From a virus, in IMG/VR virus record IMGVR_UViG_3300045988_128720: DNA of 40,503 nt. The stretch is one strand, 5' to 3'. The notes beneath the pieces are model-generated. The model had not been told where the DNA came from. It made no database searches and saw only the letters and a list, made by a program, of their open reading frames with translations. Positions 35,631 through 40,503 of this stretch are shown in pieces. Within the stretch, counting starts at the first letter, position 1; every line of letters starts with the position of its first letter. The position numbers were made by a program, and so were the translations under genes.

Positions 35631-36668
35631 TCAGCGCTCTGCATCTGCAGCGTCCGCTGCGGCATCTGCAAGCCGCTGTGCGCGGATTTTCTCAAACATG
35701 GCCGCATACTCGCCGTAGCGATTGCAAGCGCTGTGGCAGTGCGCATGTCGGTCTGGGCAGTCTTTACAGGGGCTGTTCATGTTTCCGCCCCCCCCCACTT
35801 CATCAATCGTAAGATTGACGCGATAGGTCCCTTTGAGCACGGATACAAGAGCGGATAAAACATCGCCGCTGTAGACACCTTCAAAATGCAAATGCGTTCC
35901 AGCTCCTTGTGAAATCGTAGCCTTTACGGATTGTGTATCCTGTAGATGTTTCTCTCTCGTTTCGGCAAAGACTTTATCCTTTTCCATCTCCATTTCTTTT
36001 TTTCGCATGACGGCTTCGACGTACCTTTTCGCGCATTCTTTGTCCATTTCCCTGTCTGATTTAAGCCCTGCGCACAGCCAATCAACAGGGACAGAAAGCG
36101 CATCCGCTATGCGTTTTCTATTTCCCTCTCTTGGCGTAGTTTTCTGTGATAAATATATGGAAATTACGTTTTTAGAAAGCCCTGCATTTACGGATATTTT
36201 TGTACAAGACCGCCCATCACGTTCAACTGCCCACTTAAGTCGCGTCCAAAAATCGGGCAAGTCTGGCAGCTCTTGCGATTTTTGTTTAGGGGGTGCAGAG
36301 GGTTCCGGCGCTTCCTTTGGAGGCAGGCCAAGCAGCCAGCCTACTGTAACGCCCATAGAGGATGCCCCGGCAATACGGTTGGCATTGTAGGCGCTGAGGG
36401 TCTTAGCCTTGCCTGTGCAGAGCTGGTTCAGGTAGGTGGCGCTGACACCGCAGCGCTGCGAAAACTGGTTAGCGGTCATAGCGCCCATTGCATACTTTAC
36501 GCGACCGCCAACACTGGGCAGGTTTGGCAGTGCAATTACCTCGCAGGGGCCGTCTTTGGCGTGGTTTTCGGCCTCAGATGCCATTTTTGCGGCGGAGATC
36601 GGTGTGCGGTGCGCCGCCATATTTTTCTGCTGCTGCGACTGATAATAGTCGTATCGTTCAGCTGTCAT
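35631..36668 (-). CDS. 345-aa protein with two tandem XRE-type HTH domains, a middle domain and a C-terminal Cys/His cluster (CKDCPDRHAHCHSAC), joined through a G9 tract
   Basis: HTH 1 is MTANQFSQRCGVSATYLNQLCTG; HTH 2 is SCTKISVNAGLSKNVISIYLSQ. The C-terminal 49 aa begin at an internal ATG (35778-35780) just after the G-run. Confidence 0.75.
   Translation of the reverse strand: MTAERYDYYQSQQQKNMAAHRTPISAAKMASEAENHAKDGPCEVIALPNLPSVGGRVKYAMGAMTANQFSQRCGVSATYLNQLCTGKAKTLSAYNANRIAGASSMGVTVGWLLGLPPKEAPEPSAPPKQKSQELPDLPDFWTRLKWAVERDGRSCTKISVNAGLSKNVISIYLSQKTTPREGNRKRIADALSVPVDWLCAGLKSDREMDKECAKRYVEAVMRKKEMEMEKDKVFAETREKHLQDTQSVKATISQGAGTHLHFEGVYSGDVLSALVSVLKGTYRVNLTIDEVGGGGNMNSPCKDCPDRHAHCHSACNRYGEYAAMFEKIRAQRLADAAADAADAER
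35788..35796. repeat. homopolymer C9 (G9 on the coding strand) inside 35631-36668
   Basis: Read directly. It encodes GGGG. One G fewer gives ...EVGGAET-stop, with the TGA overlapping the ATG at 35778-35780. Confidence 0.95.
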
Positions 36669-37069
36669 TTTTGTGGTTTCTCCTGTTCTTCAATCTCTTC
36701 TATAAAAATTTCAGTGCGTGGATTTGCTTTGTCGTACAGTACGCGGGAGCCGTCCACGCTGGCTATGATGGTGTTGTTGTCGTCTGCAATGATTTTGGCG
36801 GCGACAAGGGTGTCATGGGCGGCCTCCATCAAGTTCGTGAGGTCTACTTTGCGGCGGGTCGGCATGTAAAACACCGTGGCAACGCGGTAGCGGCCTGCTA
36901 ACGGGGCTTTCGGCTTTGGGGTAAGATAACCCCACATGGCGGCCTGTTCGTACTTCTTGTACTGCCTGCTTGGGGCGATGAACGGCTTGCCGGTGCGGTG
37001 GTTGGTAAGTATCTGCTGGGAGTTCTTCTTGGTAATAGGGGGCAGGGAGATTATGTATTTTTGTATCAC
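36665..37069 (-). CDS. rusA: RusA-family Holliday junction resolvase
   Basis: The 134-aa size and the pattern ...RYRVATVFYMPTRRKVDLTNLMEAAHDTLVAAKIIADDNNTII... are typical of RusA. Confidence 0.8.
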   Translation of the reverse strand: MIQKYIISLPPITKKNSQQILTNHRTGKPFIAPSRQYKKYEQAAMWGYLTPKPKAPLAGRYRVATVFYMPTRRKVDLTNLMEAAHDTLVAAKIIADDNNTIIASVDGSRVLYDKANPRTEIFIEEIEEQEKPQK

Positions 37070-37257
37070 GGTACAATCTCCTTTACTTTTGCGTAGTACT
37101 TCTCGCTGTACCAGATATCCGGCAGGCTGGTATTTTGTGTAAAGCCCGCCTTTTTCAGTTCCTTTTCGGCTGCGCCGGTGGTGGTGTAGGTCTGGCGAGA
37201 GTGGCGGATGTCACCGGTAGAGCGAGAGTAGGTGATGATTTCAATGCGTTTCATCAT
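37066..37257 (-). CDS. hypothetical protein (63 aa)
   Basis: ATGA overlap with the upstream stop (37254-37257). ORF track frame. Confidence 0.6.
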   Translation of the reverse strand: MMKRIEIITYSRSTGDIRHSRQTYTTTGAAEKELKKAGFTQNTSLPDIWYSEKYYAKVKEIVP

Positions 37258-37670
37258 TCCCACCCCGCGTAGGCGAAACTGCCTGCTTTTTGTGCTGCAT
37301 CATACCTGTCAATTTGGCGTTGGCAGAAAGCAGCATCAAGGATATCGCACTCGGCTAGGTCTGCGTACATTTTGGCATCCCACTTTGTCATCGGTGGGCG
37401 AATCTCATTGCACCAGGCAATCAGTTCAGCAGGAGAGGACGGTGGGAAGATTTGCCCAGCGCGAACTTTTCTGTCGATGGCCTCTTTTTGGAGTTTTACG
37501 GGCACATCCTGCAAAGCTTTCTCCCACACGGCGATCATGGAGCGCTTTTGTGCTGGCGTTTTGCCGCTGCCAAAGTTCGGCCATACGGCGGCGATATAAC
37601 CCATGATGTAGTGCAGGCCATCATCGACGGGCTGCGCCTGCTGCGTAAGATCTGTGTTTGATACGGTCAT
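37254..37670 (-). CDS. G39P-like replicative helicase loader/inhibitor (138 aa)
   Basis: IAAVWPNFGSGKTPAQKRSMIAVWEKALQDVPVKLQKEAIDRKVRAGQIFPPSSPAELI matches the SPP1 G39P family pattern (memory-based). ATGA overlap with the initiator gene. Confidence 0.65.
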   Translation of the reverse strand: MTVSNTDLTQQAQPVDDGLHYIMGYIAAVWPNFGSGKTPAQKRSMIAVWEKALQDVPVKLQKEAIDRKVRAGQIFPPSSPAELIAWCNEIRPPMTKWDAKMYADLAECDILDAAFCQRQIDRYDAAQKAGSFAYAGWE

Positions 37671-38350
37671 TGACCTGTCAACCAATCGAAATCCCTCCCG
37701 TCTTGGCGGCGGGGCGTAGCTGGCGCTTGCTCATCGTGTACAGGGTAAAACGCCTGCCAACCTTTACGGATGACCTCCCGCATGTAGTCTTGCAGTGAAA
37801 GGTTGCTTTGTGCTGCCATCTCGGACAGCTTTTCCAGGTTTTTGCCGATTGCTCCCTCGGTTTCCGGGGCGCGTTTTTTCTTGCGGTTTTCAAGCCATTC
37901 AAGCAGCAGCCCACGCAGTTCTTCATCCTGCGTAAAATTTTCAATGTACGCTTTTGCGGAGAAAGAAGGGGTGCGCTTTGCGCGCGTTGCAGCGCTTTTA
38001 GCGCTGCCTATATCTTGAGTATCGTTAGATACGAAAGATATATCTTTTTCTTCTTTCTTCTTTCTTTTTTCTTGGGGTGCATTTGGTTGCATTTGGTGGC
38101 ATTTGGTAGCATTTGCTTGCTCACCATTGCTTTTTAACTTCACGCACTTGGCGTTGTATCGTTCTTTTGCTGTATCAATGTCGATTGAAATGAAGTCGAA
38201 CGCCATCCCCTCACGTCCATTGAGTTGCGTCTTTTCTCCCGTTGCGCTGTAAGTCATAAGCGCACGGAACAGCCGACCTAGCTCGCTATCTGATAGGTTT
38301 CGGGTTTTAGTCAAGTAATCGTTGTAACAGCAAAAATATTCCATTGCCAC
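37667..38350 (-). CDS. replisome organizer / DnaD-like replication initiator (227 aa) carrying internal iterons
   Basis: The N-terminus EYFCCYNDYLTKTRNLSDSELGRLFRALMTY and C-terminus LEWLENRKKKRAPETEGAIGKNLEKL...GWQAFYP are typical of phage replisome organizers. Sits next to the loader gene. Confidence 0.7.
   Translation of the reverse strand: MAMEYFCCYNDYLTKTRNLSDSELGRLFRALMTYSATGEKTQLNGREGMAFDFISIDIDTAKERYNAKCVKLKSNGEQANATKCHQMQPNAPQEKRKKKEEKDISFVSNDTQDIGSAKSAATRAKRTPSFSAKAYIENFTQDEELRGLLLEWLENRKKKRAPETEGAIGKNLEKLSEMAAQSNLSLQDYMREVIRKGWQAFYPVHDEQAPATPRRQDGRDFDWLTGQ
38078..38117. repeat. four tandem 10-bp iterons (T/G/A)GCATTTGGT inside the initiator gene; candidate origin
   Basis: tgcatttggt, tgcatttggt, ggcatttggt, agcatttgct. 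Preceded by a polypyrimidine tract (38045-38073) and a 14-bp palindrome AAAGATATATCTTT (38034-38047). Confidence 0.8.
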
Positions 38351-38353
38351 CGG

Positions 38354-38563
38354 CTACACCCCCAAGTAATACTCGGCATAGCTGACTTTTTCGCCGTAGC
38401 GGTTTTTGCTGCATGCCGTTCTCTTTTGGATGGGGATTCCGCGCTTTTTCAAATCATTGATGCGGGATGCAAGGCGGTAGATGCCATACTCCTGCATGGC
38501 CTGTGCAGCGGTCAAGCTGCCGCCGCTCTCTAAGTGGCGAAGGATTCTGTCACATTGTGTCAT
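38354..38563 (-). CDS. 69-aa winged-helix DNA-binding protein
   Basis: CDRILRHLESGGSLTAAQAMQEYGIYRLASRINDLKKRG is a common phage wHTH family (memory-based). Confidence 0.7.
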   Translation of the reverse strand: MTQCDRILRHLESGGSLTAAQAMQEYGIYRLASRINDLKKRGIPIQKRTACSKNRYGEKVSYAEYYLGV

Positions 38564-38576
38564 AGATGTACCTCAC

Positions 38577-39107
38577 TTAGAACGGCAAGTCGCCGTCATC
38601 GTCGGAGATGGGGTCATAAGCAGCTGTGGGCGCGGCTTTTGCAGGCAAGGTCTTTTTATTCGGAACAGAAAAGTCACCGTTCTGGATGGCCTTAACGCTG
38701 CGCACAGCATTAACATACAGCCGGGTCTTGACCTCGCCGTTGTACTCGTACTCTTCCTCGCCCAACACCATGCCAACCAACTTGCGGGAGAGGGTGGATT
38801 CATCGTTCTTGAATGTATAGCCAGCGTTACTGTTCTGTACAGCAGTAAGAAAAGCCTTGAAATAGGGCTGTGCCTTTTCCTTGTAGGAGCGAATCAGGAC
38901 GCCAGCTCTGGGCCAGTTGTTCAGGTTCATTCGATCGCGCATCTCGCGGAAGTAGTTCTTGTAAGGGCCTTCGGCAATATCGAACTCGATGCGCAGATAC
39001 TCTTTATCGGGCACATCTTCGGCGCGGATGATACCGCAGACATAGCCGCCAGGAGTCAGGCGAGCGTCGGTTGCTTCGGTAACGTTATTCCAGTCAATGT
39101 TTTTCAT
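38577..39107 (-). CDS. DUF669-like single-strand DNA-binding protein with an SSB-type acidic tail
   Basis: The C-terminus DDDGDLPF matches the SSB protein-interaction tip. Positioned next to the Sak4-like ATPase, as in other phages. Confidence 0.65.
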   Translation of the reverse strand: MKNIDWNNVTEATDARLTPGGYVCGIIRAEDVPDKEYLRIEFDIAEGPYKNYFREMRDRMNLNNWPRAGVLIRSYKEKAQPYFKAFLTAVQNSNAGYTFKNDESTLSRKLVGMVLGEEEYEYNGEVKTRLYVNAVRSVKAIQNGDFSVPNKKTLPAKAAPTAAYDPISDDDGDLPF

Positions 39108-39110
39108 GGT

Positions 39111-39722
39111 TTATTCCTCCATACCATAATATTCACGAATTATTTTATCTACAGCGGCCAGATCGTTAGGGATAAGGTCGGCATCAAACATTCCGATGGG
39201 CGTTTTTACGGTGTCCTTTCCGCTGTTGTGTGTGGAAAAAAGATACTTGCCATCCTGCACAACGGTTTTTAAGACGATGGTGTATTTGCCTTCAAGGGTG
39301 ACTTTTTCGTCCAGCAGTTTGCCGATAGTCTTAAACTTCTCGTTGCCGTTGGCGTCCATTTCGGAGTGGCCAAGAAAGTAGACGATGCGGTCAGCAGGGA
39401 GTGCGGCGGCGCGTTCTACCAGCGTGAAGTAGTTCAGAGCCATGTCGGTGAACTTCTGGTAGCCGGTATTTTTGGCGGTGCGCATGAACTCGTCTACCAT
39501 CAAGTAGGTTGCATCGTCAATAATGATGCTCTTACGTTCAGTTTTATAGAGAACTGCATCAATTTGTTCGTATTTGTCAGTGTTCACAGTTTTCAAGTTG
39601 GTGCGGAAAGGCATTGGCTTGCCGGATACGTTGATAACAGCGATTTTTGAGGGGTCAAAGTTGCGCAGGCTGGCGGACTTGCCGGTGCCAGACTGGCCGT
39701 AAACCATAACGATAATAGCCAT
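39111..39722 (-). CDS. AAA_24 / Sak4-like RecA-fold ATPase (203 aa)
   Basis: AAGGAGAAG RBS. Walker A GQSGTGKS and Walker B SIIIDDATY. Confidence 0.8.
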   Translation of the reverse strand: MAIIVMVYGQSGTGKSASLRNFDPSKIAVINVSGKPMPFRTNLKTVNTDKYEQIDAVLYKTERKSIIIDDATYLMVDEFMRTAKNTGYQKFTDMALNYFTLVERAAALPADRIVYFLGHSEMDANGNEKFKTIGKLLDEKVTLEGKYTIVLKTVVQDGKYLFSTHNSGKDTVKTPIGMFDADLIPNDLAAVDKIIREYYGMEE

Positions 39723-40036
39723 TAGATTGCTTCTCCTTCCGGGTCTGGTGTAGTCAGGTGGATGCGGTAACATTCCGGTGGGCAGGTGTGCTCCAGCGGG
39801 ATGGCACAGATGATGGGCACTTCTACGCGGATGCCGTTGGCGCGGGTGTAATTGGACATGTAGCGGCGGCGGGCGTTTGCGTGCAGGCGGGCGCCGTAAA
39901 ATGCGGCAATCGCTTGTAGGTCTTTGTTGTAATAAGCGCCGACAACGCCGTTTGTGACTGTGAAAAATCGTGCGTCAGGCTTTTGTACCGTCTTTGCGGC
40001 GGCAAGCATAACTTGAAGCTGTTCAAAAAGGTTCAT
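39722..40036 (-). CDS. hypothetical protein (104 aa)
   Basis: ORF track entry. TAATG overlaps at both ends. Confidence 0.6.
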   Translation of the reverse strand: MNLFEQLQVMLAAAKTVQKPDARFFTVTNGVVGAYYNKDLQAIAAFYGARLHANARRRYMSNYTRANGIRVEVPIICAIPLEHTCPPECYRIHLTTPDPEGEAI

Positions 40037-40215
40037 TATCTATCGTCCTCCATGCAGGCGGGTTCTTCCCAAGCGTTTACCTGGTCAATGCAGTTATCAC
40101 ACCCTAATATTTCGTTTTTTTGACGGTAAATGTAGGTGCACTCTTTGTGGCAGATAGGGCAAAGTGGGAATTTTTCTTTAGGCGGGTAGGGGTTGTCTCT
40201 GGTGTAGTAGCTCAT
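40036..40215 (-). CDS. 59-aa zinc-ribbon protein (CPICHKEC...CDNC), not in ORF track
   Basis: ATGA overlap with the upstream stop (40212-40215) and TAATG overlap with the downstream start. 180 nt including the stop. Confidence 0.6.
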   Translation of the reverse strand: MSYYTRDNPYPPKEKFPLCPICHKECTYIYRQKNEILGCDNCIDQVNAWEEPACMEDDR

Positions 40216-40503
40216 TTGTCTACCTCTACAGGCTTACCATCTTTTAATGTGTACCAAGTGTCAGGCTTGATGTTTTCACCGTCAACGACAATGGCTTTCC
40301 ACTCTTTAATGCCGCAATCCTCATCATTTTCCACAGCAATCACAAGAATGGCGCTCATGCCGCCTTTAATTTTTACGTTTTCGCCGCGAACAAGTCCGCA
40401 GCCATTTTCACCGACAGAAACGGAACCACGAGAAGTAGCCGCGCCGTACCACCCAGCCGTAGCCGCGCCGCACCACCCAGCCGTAGCCGCGCCGTACCGT
40501 CCA
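40212..40503 (-). CDS. 3' part of the wrap-around repeat protein (…ATAGWYGAATSRGSVSVGENGCGLVRGENVKIKGGMSAILVIAVENDEDCGIKEWKAIVVDGENIKPDTWYTLKDGKPVEVDK)
   Basis: The frame is open from the window end to TGA at 40212-40214. It is contiguous with 1-419 across the 27-nt overlap. Confidence 0.85.
   Translation of the reverse strand, partial: GRYGAATAGWCGAATAGWYGAATSRGSVSVGENGCGLVRGENVKIKGGMSAILVIAVENDEDCGIKEWKAIVVDGENIKPDTWYTLKDGKPVEVDK

Overview
The window is a complete, circularly closed genome of a GC-rich temperate dsDNA phage. Nt 1-27 are identical to nt 40477-40503, and one gene runs across that junction in frame, giving a unique length of about 40,476 bp. Ribosome-binding sites are GGAGG-type, as in Firmicutes; the host cannot be named from sequence alone.

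Layout:
- Immunity and lysogeny module, 1250-4538: Cro-like and CI-like XRE regulators with face-to-face consensus promoters, two membrane morons, and a tyrosine integrase.
- Int-proximal non-coding region, 4539-4962: attP-like features and an 11-bp-phased GGTGCA array.
- Minus-strand accessory block, 4963-8443: lipoprotein, DUF3560-like and J-domain proteins. Two small plus-strand ribbon-helix-helix (RHH) genes with their own operator sets are interleaved with it.
- Late region on the plus strand, 8846-32586: leader RNA with terminator, terS, two large ORF-free gaps carrying tRNA-like elements, terL, scaffold, capsid, portal, adaptor, tail, fibre, M23 endolysin, holin, and 273-aa and 2341-aa proteins, followed by morons.
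- Early region on the minus strand, 419 through the junction down to 32635: repeat protein, Sak4-like ATPase, DUF669-like SSB, replisome organizer with intragenic iterons, G39P-like loader, RusA, Zn/HTH proteins, and a DUF1492/sigma-like late regulator.

No tail tube, sheath or classical tape-measure gene is recognisable, so a short-tailed virion is likely but unproven.

Best leads:
- a lambda PR'-like late leader combined with a terminator-studded late operon;
- about 1.3 kb of structured non-coding DNA with non-canonical tRNA-like genes between terS and terL;
- two related iteron arrays;
- two RHH-controlled divergent consensus-promoter cassettes;
- a G9 tract that decides whether two proteins are fused.

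Every family name is recalled from motifs read by eye. No searches or computations were run.
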